From Gaiellaceae bacterium (GTDB lineage Bacteria; Actinomycetota; Thermoleophilia; Gaiellales; Gaiellaceae): 53,373 nt of DNA. The position numbers and the translations under genes are program-made. The number at the start of each line of letters is the position of its first letter. Position 1 is the stretch's first letter. This document shows, piece by piece, positions 28,104 through 38,126 of this stretch. The stretch spans positions 1 through 53,373 of the forward strand of contig DATBIC010000076.1 of assembly GCA_036557145.1 (NCBI GenBank), written 5' to 3'. The notes beneath the pieces are model-generated. The model was given only the letters and a program-made list of their open reading frames with translations, searched no databases and was not told the DNA's origin.

Positions 28104-29077
28104 GGATCTCGCGCTCGACCGCGTACGGCGTGGTCGCGGCCGTCGTCGTCGCGGTCGTGATCGCGCTGCTGCCGCTCACGCTGTCCGACTACCACCTGTC
28201 GACGGGCGCGACCGTCGGCGTCTTCTTCGTGGCGATCCTCTCGCTGAACATCGTCACGGGCTACACCGGCCAGATCTCGCTCGGGCAGGGCGCGTTCATG
28301 GCGATCGGCGGCTACACCACGGCGATCCTGACCCACAACCACGGTTGGAACGACATCGCCACGCTGCCGGTCGCGGCGCTCGTCGGCTTCGCCGCCGGCG
28401 TGATCGTCGGTCTTCCCGCGCTGCGGCTCCAGGGCGTCTACCTCGCGTTGACGACGTTCGCGGTGGCGCTGGCCGTGCCGCAGATCGCGAAGAACTACTC
28501 GAACTTCACCGGCGGCACGGAAGGGCTCGCGCTGCCGACGCACAGCGGGCTCTGGCTCTACCGCACGGCCTGGATCGTCGCCGGGATCGTGTTCGTGCTG
28601 AGCTGGCTCCTCCTCCGCGGCCGGGCGGGGCGGGCCTTCCGGGCGGTGCGGGACAGCGAGGTCGCAGCGGCGTCCTCCGGGGTGGCGCTGCCGATCTACA
28701 AGACGCTCGCGTTCGGGATCTCGGCGGCGATGGCGGGCGTCGCAGGCTCGGTGTACGTCCTCGTCAACAACTTCGTGAACCCCGACGTGTTCGGGCTGAC
28801 CCTCTCGCTCTACATCCTGATCGGAGCCGTCGTGGGCGGGCTCGGATCCCTGTGGGGCGTGATCGTGGGGGCGGCGTTCGTCGAGCTCTTGCCGCTCGGC
28901 CTAACCACCGCCCACGTGAGTTCGTCGCAGTCGGTGCCGGTGATCTTCGGAGCGGTCGTCATCGCGGTCATGGCCCTGATCCCGCTGGGGGCGGCAGATC
29001 TGCTCCGGAGGCTCTTGCATTTCGGATCCAGAACCAAGGAAAGTGTGCAAAGTCCCCTAGGCACGGAGGCTCGATGA
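28100..29077 (+). CDS. livM: Branched-chain amino acid ABC transporter permease, LivM type
   Basis: Coding tail of ORF 27134-29077. ATG 28100 overlaps the livH stop (ATGA). Motif NIVTGYTGQISLGQGAFMAIGGYT. Confidence 0.85.
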   Translation: MRISRSTAYGVVAAVVVAVVIALLPLTLSDYHLSTGATVGVFFVAILSLNIVTGYTGQISLGQGAFMAIGGYTTAILTHNHGWNDIATLPVAALVGFAAGVIVGLPALRLQGVYLALTTFAVALAVPQIAKNYSNFTGGTEGLALPTHSGLWLYRTAWIVAGIVFVLSWLLLRGRAGRAFRAVRDSEVAAASSGVALPIYKTLAFGISAAMAGVAGSVYVLVNNFVNPDVFGLTLSLYILIGAVVGGLGSLWGVIVGAAFVELLPLGLTTAHVSSSQSVPVIFGAVVIAVMALIPLGAADLLRRLLHFGSRTKESVQSPLGTEAR

Positions 29078-30288
29078 CCAGAAGGAGTAAGGGAGCGCTC
29101 GCAGTGCTGGCGCTCGTCTCAACGGCACTTCTCGTCTCCGCAGCGTTCGCCGCGAGCTCGGCGACCCCAGGCGTCACGAAGACGACGATCACGATCGGCG
29201 GGACGTTTCCGCTGACGGGTCCCGCTGCGCTCTACAGCGTGATCCCGAAGGCCGAGAACGCCTACTTCCAGTACGTGAACGCCCACGGCGGCGTGAACGG
29301 CCGCAAGATCGTCTTCAAGTACTACGACGACCAGTACAACCCGGCGAACACCGTCCCGCTCACGAAGAAGCTCGTGCAGCAGGATCACGTGTTCGCGGTG
29401 TACGGCGCCCTCGGCACCGCCCCGACGCTCGCCACGCGCGACTACCTGAACAAGGCCGGCGTGCCGCAGGTGCTCGTCGCAACCGGCGACTCGTACTGGG
29501 GCGCGCAGTACAAGAAGTACCCGTGGACGATCGGGTACCAGCCGGACTACCCGGGTGAGTCGCGCGTCTACGGGCAGTTCATCGCGAGCAAGGTGCCGCA
29601 GGCGAAGATCGGCGTCCTCATGCAGGACGACGCCTACGGCGAGAACTACTACAACGGCCTGGTCCAGGGCCTCGGCGACGCGAAGTCGAAGATCGTCGAC
29701 GTCGAGAAGTACGACGCGACGCAGACCGACGTCAGCCAGCAGGTCGTGAAGCTGAAGGCGGCGGGTGCGAACGTCTTCGCACTCTTCGCGCTTCCGACTC
29801 AGACGATCGACGCACTCGTCGTCGCGACGAAGGTCGGCTGGAAGCCGACGACGTTCATCAACAACGTCTCCGCGTCGCCGACGTTCATGGGGCTCGCCAT
29901 CAAGAGCGGCGCCAACGTCGACAACGACATCTCGGCGACGTACGTGTACGACGTGTGGAACAACCCGAACACGGCGACAGCGAAGCTCTACAAGTCGATC
30001 CTGTCGAAGTACGACAAGGGCGCAGACCCGCTCGACGCCAACAACATCTACGGCGTGTCGAGCGCGTGGACGATGGTGCAGGCACTCAAGGGGGCGGGGA
30101 AGAACCCGACCCGCGCGAGCCTGATGAGCGCCCTCACGCACCTGAACGCGGTCAACCCGTTCCTCTATCCGGGCGTGAAGCTGCAGACCACGCCCGCGGA
30201 GCGGTTCCCGATCGACCAGCAGATCCTCGAGCACTGGCAGAACGGCGGGTGGAAGCCGTTCGGCCACATCTTCTCGAAGGCCCGCTGA
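29074..30288 (+). CDS. ABC transporter substrate-binding protein, LivJ/LivK-like (type I periplasmic binding fold)
   Basis: Coding tail of ORF 28345-30288. ATG 29074 overlaps the livM stop (ATGA). Signal peptide MTRRSKGALAVLALVSTALLVSAAFA and motifs ITIGGTFPLTGPAA, VNGRKI....DDQYNP. Confidence 0.85.
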   Translation: MTRRSKGALAVLALVSTALLVSAAFAASSATPGVTKTTITIGGTFPLTGPAALYSVIPKAENAYFQYVNAHGGVNGRKIVFKYYDDQYNPANTVPLTKKLVQQDHVFAVYGALGTAPTLATRDYLNKAGVPQVLVATGDSYWGAQYKKYPWTIGYQPDYPGESRVYGQFIASKVPQAKIGVLMQDDAYGENYYNGLVQGLGDAKSKIVDVEKYDATQTDVSQQVVKLKAAGANVFALFALPTQTIDALVVATKVGWKPTTFINNVSASPTFMGLAIKSGANVDNDISATYVYDVWNNPNTATAKLYKSILSKYDKGADPLDANNIYGVSSAWTMVQALKGAGKNPTRASLMSALTHLNAVNPFLYPGVKLQTTPAERFPIDQQILEHWQNGGWKPFGHIFSKAR

Positions 30289-30302
30289 GCAAGGTCACGC
30301 GG

Positions 30303-30335
30303 ACGGTGGCGGTGCAGTCGTTGCGCCGCCACCGT
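30303..30335 (+). terminator. Hairpin after the substrate-binding protein gene
   Basis: ACGGTGGCGG-N13-CCGCCACCGT has a 10-bp perfect stem. It lies 15 nt after the stop and is followed by a single T. Confidence 0.45.
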
Positions 30336-30348
30336 TAGCGTCCTGCGC

Positions 30349-31272
30349 ATGCTCGAGCTCGGGGAAGGAATCCGGCGCGTCACCCTGCCGCTTCCGTTCG
30401 GCCTCGACCACGTCCACTGCTACCTGCTGCCGACCAGCAACGGGTTCACGCTCGTCGACACCGGCCTCGGCACCCGCGATCCGGAGGCTCGGTGGCGGCC
30501 GGTGCTCGACGCACTCGACGCGCCGGTCGAGCGGATCGTCGTCACGCACATGCATCCCGATCACGTCGGCGGCGCCCGCGACGTCGCCGCGCTGACCGGC
30601 GCGCCGGTCGTGCAGGGCCGCGAGGACTACGCGCAGTGCCTCGACGCGTGGGGGCCCGGACGGTCGCCGACTCGGATGGCGGCGCACTGGGTGGCGAACG
30701 GGATGCCCGAGTCGGTGGTCGGGAGCGTGGTGGCGGAGTCGAGCCGGCTGGCGGACGCGATCCACTGGGCCGAGTCGCCGCAGCTGGTCGAGCCCGGCGA
30801 CGAGATCGACGGCTGGCGCGTCGAGCTGCTGCGCGGGCACGCCGACGGCCATATCGTGCTCGTGCGCGACGGGGTCCTGATCGCCGGCGACACGATCCTC
30901 AGCGGGATCACGCCCACGATCGGCCTCTACCCGAACGCACGCCCCGACCCGCTCGGCGACTACCTCGTGACGCTGGAACGGATCGAGCAGCTGGCCCCGC
31001 GCATCGCGTACGCCGGGCACAAGGACGTGATCCTCGACCCGGCCGGACGCGCGCGAGAGATCCGCGCGCACCACGAGGAGCGGCTCGAGGCGACGGCCGC
31101 GGCGCTCGACGGCGACCCTCGGACCGCGTACGACGTGTCGCTCGTCCTGTTCGTGCAGGCCCTGTCGGCGGTCGAGCGGCGCTTCGCGGTGGCGGAGTCC
31201 CTCGCGCACCTCGAACGGCTGGTCTCGAGCGGTGAGGCCGAGCGGGACGGGGGCGGGTACGTGCGCGCCTGA
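30349..31272 (+). CDS. MBL-fold metallo-hydrolase
   Basis: 307-aa ORF with the HxHxDH motif [10 protein letters not shown] and later GHADGH. Confidence 0.85.
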   Translation: MLELGEGIRRVTLPLPFGLDHVHCYLLPTSNGFTLVDTGLGTRDPEARWRPVLDALDAPVERIVVTHMHPDHVGGARDVAALTGAPVVQGREDYAQCLDAWGPGRSPTRMAAHWVANGMPESVVGSVVAESSRLADAIHWAESPQLVEPGDEIDGWRVELLRGHADGHIVLVRDGVLIAGDTILSGITPTIGLYPNARPDPLGDYLVTLERIEQLAPRIAYAGHKDVILDPAGRAREIRAHHEERLEATAAALDGDPRTAYDVSLVLFVQALSAVERRFAVAESLAHLERLVSSGEAERDGGGYVRA

Positions 31273-31289
31273 CCGATAGCATTTTCGCC

Positions 31290-31853
31290 GTGGAGCCGCT
31301 TCGGATCGGCGTTCTCGCCCTGCAGGGCAACTTTCGCGAGCACGTGAGGATGCTGCGGGAGCTCGGCGCCGAGACGGTCGAGGTGCGCAAGCCGGAGGAG
31401 CTCGACGGGCTCGACGGGCTCGTCATTCCCGGCGGCGAGTCGACGACGTTCATGCGCCTGATGCGCCTGTACTCGCTCGACGAGGCGATCCGCCGCTTCC
31501 CCGGCGCGGTGTTCGGCACCTGCGCCGGGATGATCGTGCTGGACGGCAATCACCTCGGCCTCGTCGATCTGACCGTCCGGCGGAACGCGTTCGGGCGCCA
31601 GGTCGCATCGTTCGAGGCCGACCTCGCGATTGACGGCGAGGAGCGGCCGATCCGCGCCGTGTTCATCCGCGCGCCGTGGATCGAGGAGCTCGGAGGCGAC
31701 GTCGAGGTGCTCGCCGAGCTCGACGGCCGTCCGGTGCTCGCACGCGAGGGCCGCTTCCTGGTGGCCTCGTTTCATCCCGAGCTCACCGACGACTCGCGGC
31801 TGCACCAGTGGTTTCTCGCGATGGCGAAGGAGGAGCGGCTTGTCCGGGCATAG
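31290..31853 (+). CDS. pdxT: Pyridoxal 5'-phosphate synthase glutaminase subunit
   Basis: 187-aa ORF with GVLALQG...[12 protein letters not shown], the catalytic FGTCAGMI and SFHPELT. Confidence 0.9.
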   Translation: MEPLRIGVLALQGNFREHVRMLRELGAETVEVRKPEELDGLDGLVIPGGESTTFMRLMRLYSLDEAIRRFPGAVFGTCAGMIVLDGNHLGLVDLTVRRNAFGRQVASFEADLAIDGEERPIRAVFIRAPWIEELGGDVEVLAELDGRPVLAREGRFLVASFHPELTDDSRLHQWFLAMAKEERLVRA

Positions 31854-32595
31854 CAAGTGGTCGTCGATCAAGCACAAGAAGGGCGCGGCCGACGCGAAGC
31901 GCGGCCAGCTGTTCTCGAAGCTGTCGCGCGCGATCCTCGTCGCGGCGAAGGAGGGTGGCGGCGACCCGGCCAACAACCTCGCGCTGCAGAACGCGATCGA
32001 GAAGGCGAAGTCGTATTCGATGCCGAAGGACAACATCGACCGCGCGATCGCGAAGGGCTCGGGGGCGGACGCCGACGCGGATGCGTTCGAGACGATCGTG
32101 TACGAGGGCTACGGGCCGGAGGGCGTCGCGCTGATCGTCGAGGCGCTGACCGACAACCGGAACCGGACGGCGGCCGACGTCCGCCACCTGTTCGCGAAGC
32201 ACGGCGGCAACCTCGGAGCGACGGGTGCCGTCGCGTGGCAGTTCGAGCGGCGCGGCGTCGTGGTCGTCGCGGGTGACGGCGCGGACGAGGAGGAGCTGCT
32301 GCTGGTCGCCGCGGACGCCGGCGCCGACGACGTCGAGGCAGACGGCTCGACCTTCCAGGTGACGTCGGCGCCCGAGACGCTGTCGGCGGTGCGCACGGGC
32401 GTCGAGCAGGCCGGCTTCACCGTCGAGTCGGCCGAGCTCCAGCTCGTCCCGAAGACGACCGTGTCGATCGACGACGAGGCGAAGGCGCGCCAGGTGATGC
32501 GGCTCGTCGACGCGCTCGAGGAGAACGACGACGTCCAGGACGTCTACGCGAACTTCGACATCCCCGAGCGCGTGCTGGAGGCGGTCGCGGGCTGA
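31840..32595 (+). CDS. yebC: YebC/PmpR family DNA-binding transcriptional regulator
   Basis: TTG 31840 gives the canonical N-terminus (M)[21 protein letters not shown], with AAGGAGGAG 4 nt upstream. It overlaps the pdxT end by 14 nt. Confidence 0.9.
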   Translation: MSGHSKWSSIKHKKGAADAKRGQLFSKLSRAILVAAKEGGGDPANNLALQNAIEKAKSYSMPKDNIDRAIAKGSGADADADAFETIVYEGYGPEGVALIVEALTDNRNRTAADVRHLFAKHGGNLGATGAVAWQFERRGVVVVAGDGADEEELLLVAADAGADDVEADGSTFQVTSAPETLSAVRTGVEQAGFTVESAELQLVPKTTVSIDDEAKARQVMRLVDALEENDDVQDVYANFDIPERVLEAVAG

Positions 32596-32630
32596 GGTGC
32601 CCCGTCCGGGTCGGCGCCTAACCTCTCTCC

Positions 32631-33119
32631 GTGAAGGTCCTCGGCATCGACCCAGGGACGGCTGCATGCGGGTACGGGATCGTCCACGAAAGCGACGGGC
32701 GCCTCCGGGCCACCTGCCACGGGTGGTGGCGAACGCCGGCACGCGCGCGAACCGAGGCCCGGCTGCTCACGATCTTCACGGCCGTCCAGGAGCTGATCGC
32801 GGAGCACACGCCGGATGCCGTCGCGCTCGAGGAATCGTTCGTCGGCGCAGACGCCCGCATCGCGCTCTCCGTCGGGCAGGCGCGGGGAGCCGTCCTCGTC
32901 GCCGCGTCGTCCGCCGGCGTCGCCTGCGCCGAATACGCGCCCGCGCGCGTGAAGCAGGCAGTCTGCGGCTACGGGCGGGCGGACAAGGAGCAGGTCGGCC
33001 GCATGGTGCGCGCGATCCTCGCGCTCGACGAGATCCCGAAGCCGGACCACGCCGCCGACGCCCTGGCCGTCGCGATCTGCCACGCGACCGCGCCGCCGCT
33101 CCTCCGCGCCGCCTCGTAG
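32631..33119 (+). CDS. ruvC: Crossover junction endodeoxyribonuclease RuvC
   Basis: 162-aa ORF with VLGIDPG, ALEE and DHAADALAVAICH catalytic motifs. Confidence 0.9.
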   Translation: MKVLGIDPGTAACGYGIVHESDGRLRATCHGWWRTPARARTEARLLTIFTAVQELIAEHTPDAVALEESFVGADARIALSVGQARGAVLVAASSAGVACAEYAPARVKQAVCGYGRADKEQVGRMVRAILALDEIPKPDHAADALAVAICHATAPPLLRAAS

Positions 33120-33198
33120 CGGGCGCGCAGGAATCGCCGGGTCGCCTGCGAAGAAACGGGGCGCGCTCATCGATCGTCGCCCTGGAGGTGGCAGGCAC

Positions 33199-33909
33199 AT
33201 GAAGGACTGGCAGAAGTACCTCGCGGAGCTGTTCGGCACGTTCATCCTCGTGTTCACCGGGACGACGGCGATCGTCGGTGCATTCGTCCGGACCGGCGGC
33301 CTTCCGCCGCTGCTCGTCGCGCCGTTCGCGTTCGGTCTCGCGCTTCTCGCCGCGCTCTACGCGTTCGCGGAGGTCTCGGGCGGGCACTTCAACCCGGCCG
33401 TGTCGCTGGGCCTCTTCCTCGATCGGCGGATCGGCATGGTCGACCTGTTCGGCTACTGGATCGCGCAGTTCGTCGGTGCAACGCTCGCGTCGCTCGTGCT
33501 GCTCGCAGCGACCACCAAGAATCAGGTCAAGATCACGGCGACGACGCCGTCGGCCGGCAACGGCACCGCGTTCGTGATCGAGCTGGTGTTCACAGCGATC
33601 TTCGTCGCCGTCATCCTGCAGTCGTCGAAGAGCGAACGCTTCGGGGGCAGCGCGCTGATCTCGATCCCGCTGACGCTGCTCGCGATCCACTTCGCCGCGA
33701 TCCCGTTCAGCGGCTCGTCAGTGAACCCGGCGCGCACGTTCGGCCCGGCGCTCGTCGGCGACGTCTGGCACGGCTTCTGGATCTACATGATCGCCCCGCC
33801 GCTCGGCGCGATCATCGCGTGGCTCGTCCATACCGTCGTCGTCAACGGCGACCTCAATCTCGGGGCGAACCTCTCCGCGGGTGACGGGGAGCCCCAGAGC
33901 GCGGGCTAG
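33199..33909 (+). CDS. aqpZ: Aquaporin/MIP family channel
   Basis: 236-aa ORF with two NPA boxes (GGHFNPAVS, GSSVNPART) and six TM helices. GGAGGTG lies 8 nt before the ATG. Confidence 0.9.
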   Translation: MKDWQKYLAELFGTFILVFTGTTAIVGAFVRTGGLPPLLVAPFAFGLALLAALYAFAEVSGGHFNPAVSLGLFLDRRIGMVDLFGYWIAQFVGATLASLVLLAATTKNQVKITATTPSAGNGTAFVIELVFTAIFVAVILQSSKSERFGGSALISIPLTLLAIHFAAIPFSGSSVNPARTFGPALVGDVWHGFWIYMIAPPLGAIIAWLVHTVVVNGDLNLGANLSAGDGEPQSAG

Positions 33910-33925
33910 CCGCGGCTCGAGAATC

Positions 33926-33955
33926 GAGTGCCTGGCACCTCGGTGCCAGGCACTC
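33926..33955 (+). terminator. Perfect 13-bp stem / 4-nt loop hairpin after the aquaporin gene
   Basis: GAGTGCCTGGCAC-CTCG-GTGCCAGGCACTC lies 16 nt after the stop. No T tract follows. Confidence 0.55.
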
Positions 33956-34005
33956 AGCGTCGCGCGATGAAGTAGCGTTCGCGCCGATGACAATGGTGAT
34001 GGTCC

Positions 34006-34695
34006 GTGGCCTCCGCCGGCGTTCGGCCGGGCGGACGGCATCTTCTCCGCAGTAGCAGCCTCGCCGAGGAGATCGTCCGCGATGCCGGGATCGGTCGCGG
34101 AGAGCTGGTCGTGGACGTCGGTGCCGGCACCGGCCTGCTCACGCGCGCATTGCTCGATACCGGCGCACGGGTCGTCGCGGTCGAGCCCGATGCGGTCTCG
34201 GCCGCGCGGCTGCGACGGGCGTGCCCGGAGGCGCGCGTCGTCGTGGCGGATGCTGCGTCGGTGCGCTGGCCGTCGGAGCCGTTCAAGGTGGTCGCGAACC
34301 TGCCGTTCGCGGCGGCGGCGGAGATCTGCCGCTCGCTGCTCGGCGATCCCTCGCTGGCGCTGCGCTCGGCCGACGTGGTCGTCGAGTGGGACTTCGCAGC
34401 GAAGCGGGCGCGGCGATGGCCGAGCACGGTCGCCGGAGTCGTGTGGGGCGTCTGGTACGAGCTGTCCGTCGCCCGCCGGCTGCCGCCGGAGCTCTTCGTG
34501 CCCAGGCCCTCGGTGGCCGCCGGCGTGCTGCGGGCGACGCGCCGGGCTGCGCCGCTCATCGACCCGGCGCTCGCCGACCCGTTCGAGCGCTTCGTCCGCC
34601 GCGGCTTCGCGCGCGGCGGCCGTGACCTGGACGCCCACGCGTGGGCGCGCCGCTTCCGCCTCGGCCCGGGCAGGAACGTCCGTTCGCGCCCGTAA
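34006..34695 (+). CDS. rRNA adenine N6-methyltransferase family protein (KsgA/Erm fold), short Erm-like form
   Basis: 229-aa ORF with SAM motif [18 protein letters not shown] and catalytic-loop motif VVANLPF. It is shorter than housekeeping KsgA. Confidence 0.75.
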   Translation: MASAGVRPGGRHLLRSSSLAEEIVRDAGIGRGELVVDVGAGTGLLTRALLDTGARVVAVEPDAVSAARLRRACPEARVVVADAASVRWPSEPFKVVANLPFAAAAEICRSLLGDPSLALRSADVVVEWDFAAKRARRWPSTVAGVVWGVWYELSVARRLPPELFVPRPSVAAGVLRATRRAAPLIDPALADPFERFVRRGFARGGRDLDAHAWARRFRLGPGRNVRSRP

Positions 34696-34704
34696 CGTTG
34701 AGGC

Positions 34705-35259
34705 ATGATCGCGCGTCTCCGCGGGCGGATCGCCGGGCGGGCAGGGCCCGGCCTGGTCGTCGACGTCAACGGCGTCGGCTACCTCGTGCACGCGTCGCCG
34801 TCGGTGCAGCGGCTCGGCAGCGGCGAGATCACGATCGAGGTGCACACGGTCGTGCGCGAGGACGCGCTGCAGCTCTTCGGCTTCGCGACGGCGGACGAGC
34901 GCGAGCTTTTCGAGCTGCTGCTCGGCGTCTCCGGAGTCGGGCCGAAGGTGGCCCTGGCGATCGTCTCGGGCTCGACGCCGGTGGAGCTTCGCCGTGCGAT
35001 CGCGCGCGACGACGTGAAGCGGTTCCAGGCGATCCAGGGAGTCGGGCTCAAGACGGCGCAGCGCGTGGTGCTCGAGCTGAAGGAAAAGCTCAGCGTCGCC
35101 GACGCGCTCGCCGAGGAGACGAACGAGGCGACGCTCGCCCGCGACGCGCTGGTCAACCTCGGCTGGTCGCTGCTCGACGCCGAGCGTGCGCTCGCCGCGG
35201 TCGACGCCGCCCTGCCGGTCGAGGAGCAGGTGCGCGAAGCGCTCCGGGCAGCGGCATGA
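34705..35259 (+). CDS. ruvA: Holliday junction branch migration complex subunit RuvA
   Basis: 184-aa ORF with MIARLRG, LFGF....ER.LF..L..VSGVGPK.AL and the HhH motif [11 protein letters not shown]. Confidence 0.9.
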   Translation: MIARLRGRIAGRAGPGLVVDVNGVGYLVHASPSVQRLGSGEITIEVHTVVREDALQLFGFATADERELFELLLGVSGVGPKVALAIVSGSTPVELRRAIARDDVKRFQAIQGVGLKTAQRVVLELKEKLSVADALAEETNEATLARDALVNLGWSLLDAERALAAVDAALPVEEQVREALRAAA

Positions 35260-36260
35260 CGCAGTTCCTCGCACCCGTTCTCGCCGACGCTGAGGAGGAG
35301 GTCGAGCGCTCGCTCCGCCCGCGCACGCTCGCCGACTTCGTCGGGCAGGCGCGGGTGAAGGAGCAGCTCGAGATCGCGCTCGAGGCAGCGCAGGCGCGGA
35401 GCGAGGCACTCGATCACGTGCTGCTCGCTGGGCCGCCGGGCCTCGGAAAGACGTCGCTCGCGCAGATCGTGCGCAACGAGCTCGGCGTCGGCATCCGCCA
35501 GATCGCCGGCCCCGGCCTCGAGCGGAAGGACATCGCCGCGATCCTCACGTCGCTCGAGTCACGCGATGTGCTCTTCATCGACGAGATCCACCGCATGAGC
35601 CGCGCGGCCGAGGAGATCCTCTACCCGGCGCTCGAGGACTTCCGGCTCGACATCGTCGTCGGCCAGGGGCCCGCTGCACGGACGTTGACCCTCGACCTGC
35701 CGCCGTTCACGCTGATCGGCGCGACGACGCGCACCGGCCTGCTGACGACGCCGCTGCGCGACCGGTTCGGCTTGACGTTCCGCCTCGAGCTCTACGCGCC
35801 CGGGGAGCTCGCCGCGATCGTGCGCCGCTCGGCGCGCATCCTCGCCGTCGACGTCGACGACGCGGCGGCGACGCTGATCTCGGAGCGCGCGCGCGGGACG
35901 CCGCGCATCGCCAACCGCATCCTGCGGCGCGTGCGAGACGTGGCGGAGGTACGGCACGAAGGCATCGTCACGACGGAGGTCGCCGAGGAGGCACTTGCGC
36001 TGCTCGAGGTCGACGCCTCGGGCCTCGAGCGCTTCGACCGCGAGCTCCTGCGGGCGCTCGTCGAGAAGTTCGGCGGCGGCCCGGTCGGCCTCTCGACGCT
36101 CGCGGTGGCGCTCGGCGAGGAGGCGGAGACGATCGAGGACGTCTACGAGCCGTACCTGCTGCAGCTCGGGTTCCTGCAGCGGACGCCGCGCGGCCGCATC
36201 GTCACCGCGCTCGGCCGCGAGCACCTCGGCACGTCGCGCAGCGACTCGACGCTCTTCTAA
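35256..36260 (+). CDS. ruvB: Holliday junction branch migration DNA helicase RuvB
   Basis: Coding tail of ORF 34641-36260. ATG 35256 overlaps the ruvA stop (ATGA). Motifs [39 protein letters not shown]. Confidence 0.95.
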   Translation: MTQFLAPVLADAEEEVERSLRPRTLADFVGQARVKEQLEIALEAAQARSEALDHVLLAGPPGLGKTSLAQIVRNELGVGIRQIAGPGLERKDIAAILTSLESRDVLFIDEIHRMSRAAEEILYPALEDFRLDIVVGQGPAARTLTLDLPPFTLIGATTRTGLLTTPLRDRFGLTFRLELYAPGELAAIVRRSARILAVDVDDAAATLISERARGTPRIANRILRRVRDVAEVRHEGIVTTEVAEEALALLEVDASGLERFDRELLRALVEKFGGGPVGLSTLAVALGEEAETIEDVYEPYLLQLGFLQRTPRGRIVTALGREHLGTSRSDSTLF

Positions 36261-36943
36261 GCGAGGGCGCCGACGGCCTCTCGGTCGAACAGCCGCCAGT
36301 GCCCCTCGGAGACGACGTCGACGCTGTCGTTGACCACGCGGATCGCGGTGTCGTCGCAGATCGCGTAGGCCGGGTTGCCCAGGCCGGCAGCCCATCGCTC
36401 CGCCTCGGCCATCGTGTTCTCCGGCAGCGCGGGGTGGTCGACGTGCGGGAAGATCGAGAAGCCGACCACGCCGAGCGTCCTGTCGTCGGGCGCGGACTTC
36501 CACTCGACGAAGTCGTCGCCGATCCGGGGAGTCAGCACCATGCTCCCCGCGCTGAATCCGACCCAGACTGTGTCGTGCAGCGACGGCAGGAGGTCGGCGA
36601 GCCCTGACTCCCGCATCCAGTGGGACAGGTACGTCGCGTCGCCGCCGCTCACCAGCAGGGCGTCCGTCTCGCGCACCCAGGGAACCCAGCGTTCCTCGCC
36701 GATGCTCGGCAGCGCCGTGAGCTCGAGCACGCCCACGGACTTCCAGCCGAGCCCGGTCATGGGTTGGGCCGAATGACCGCTGATGGAACGCCAGACCCCG
36801 GCCGGGCTGCTCATGGGGTGCCCGTACGACCCGGTCGGGATGAAGAGGGCGTCGGACTCGGCAATCGGCCTGCCCAGGAGCTCGACCAGCGCGTTCTCGA
36901 TGGTCGGGTTCTGGACGCCGGCGGAGGTCAAGAGAAGCTTCAC
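36257..36943 (-). CDS. Peptidase S51/type 1 glutamine amidotransferase-like protein (dipeptidase E family)
   Basis: Coding part of ORF 36257-37210 from GTG 36943 (VKLLLTSAG). Motifs VSGGDATYL and the nucleophile context [12 protein letters not shown] overlap with the upstream membrane-protein stop. Confidence 0.8.
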   Translation of the reverse strand: MKLLLTSAGVQNPTIENALVELLGRPIAESDALFIPTGSYGHPMSSPAGVWRSISGHSAQPMTGLGWKSVGVLELTALPSIGEERWVPWVRETDALLVSGGDATYLSHWMRESGLADLLPSLHDTVWVGFSAGSMVLTPRIGDDFVEWKSAPDDRTLGVVGFSIFPHVDHPALPENTMAEAERWAAGLGNPAYAICDDTAIRVVNDSVDVVSEGHWRLFDREAVGALA

Positions 36944-37557
36944 GGTGTTCCTTCGGTCGCGGTGTACGTGTGCTGGTTTCTCCGGGAGAGACGCCAGAGG
37001 AGCGGAGAAATCATCGGTGCAACGAGCAGCGCCATCACGTCGAACCACACGTAGCCGGACGCGACGCCGCTCGGCGGATTGCCGTCGGGGATCCCGAGGC
37101 CGGGCAGTTCGTGCGCCCAGCGCCACGTGCCGATCGCCGTGCCGTACAACTCGAGCGACGCGACGACGAGGAACACCGCGGCGTAGACCGCGCGATTCCG
37201 CCCCCGCCACAGGAACAGCAGGAGCAGCGGCACGCCGATCGCACCGGCGACGTCACGGCGGGGCAGCACGAAGAGCCCGAGCAGCCCCCACGAGCCTGCG
37301 GCGATCGCCGCCGTCCAGACGAGACGCCGCGCGTGCGCACGGAGCGCCAGCGCGAGTGAGAGGCCGGTGAGGTAGACGAGGCCGTGCGCGGGCGGCACGA
37401 ACGCCGGCAGGTTGTGCAGCCGGTAGTGGTAGACGCCCCAAATCAGCGAGCCCGTGATCTCGCCGATCGTCGCGAAGCACACGACGCCGATCGTCTGCAC
37501 ACGGCGCTCGACCGAGACGCGCGTGAGCGCAGCGAGCAGGACGAGCCACGTCAGCAT
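36940..37557 (-). CDS. Hypothetical integral membrane protein; start uncertain
   Basis: ATG 37557 gives about 205 aa with 5-6 hydrophobic helices. Hydrophobic in-frame sequence continues upstream to about 37647 without a canonical start. The annotated long start (37797) would overlap the upstream gene by about 150 nt. Confidence 0.6.
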   Translation of the reverse strand: MLTWLVLLAALTRVSVERRVQTIGVVCFATIGEITGSLIWGVYHYRLHNLPAFVPPAHGLVYLTGLSLALALRAHARRLVWTAAIAAGSWGLLGLFVLPRRDVAGAIGVPLLLLFLWRGRNRAVYAAVFLVVASLELYGTAIGTWRWAHELPGLGIPDGNPPSGVASGYVWFDVMALLVAPMISPLLWRLSRRNQHTYTATEGTP

Positions 37558-37643
37558 GCCGAGCGCGAGCTGTTCGTGGTAGCTCGCGTAGTGGTCGAGC
37601 GCGAGCAGCACGGCCAGGTAGGCCGCGCCCCCTGCCGCGAGAG

Positions 37644-38120
37644 CTACGGCCGGAACTGGAGCTCGTGCCAACTCGGCACCGGTGCGAGCTCGAGCAGCGG
37701 CCGGCCGCCGCCGCCCGGGTGCTGGTAGGCGAACTCGGCGTCGGAGTCGTCCCAGACGACCTCGAGCGCCCCGCGCTTGACCTGGTGGTCGAGCCACGCG
37801 CCGCGGAAGATCAGCTTGCGGAGCCAGTAGACCAACGACTCGTCGCCGACGAGAGAGATGCGCTCCCAGTTGCGGACGAGGTAGCGCCCGAGCTGCGAGA
37901 GCGGCTCCTCGACCACGCCCGAGGCGGCGAGCGCAACCAGATCGGCGGTCTCCTCCTCGTCCAGCTCGGACGACGAGACGACGCCGAGCTTGACGGCGGC
38001 GGCAGTCACCCGTCCCTCGAAGTCGATCGAGCTGAACGCGAAGCGATAGCCGAGGAACTCGACGATGTAGTCGTTGCCCGAGCTGTAGTTCGCGTCGGGT
38101 GCCGGCAGCGCGTCAGGCAC
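37644..38120 (-). CDS. Hypothetical protein (about 158 aa)
   Basis: Coding-looking part of ORF 37644-38273. GTG 38120 is preceded by TACCAT with a 6-nt spacer, a leaderless-type arrangement. No family is recognised. Confidence 0.5.
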   Translation of the reverse strand: MPDALPAPDANYSSGNDYIVEFLGYRFAFSSIDFEGRVTAAAVKLGVVSSSELDEEETADLVALAASGVVEEPLSQLGRYLVRNWERISLVGDESLVYWLRKLIFRGAWLDHQVKRGALEVVWDDSDAEFAYQHPGGGGRPLLELAPVPSWHELQFRP

Positions 38121-38126
38121 GATCTC

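Noticed and set aside
33916-33928. The 13-mer CTCGAGAATCGAG is shared between 33916-33928 and 47575-47587.
   Set aside because: Many 13-mer coincidences are expected in 53 kb. The second copy lies inside overlapping gene ends, and nothing else about the two contexts is similar.
37558-37797. N-terminal extension of the membrane protein ORF to 37797 (MARPPGQARGARGRLG...).
   Set aside because: The first roughly 45 residues are Arg/Gly/Pro junk and would overlap the upstream gene (37644-38120) by about 150 nt. The hydrophobic stretch 37558-37647 may be coding, but it has no canonical start. I therefore annotated from ATG 37557 and flagged the uncertainty.
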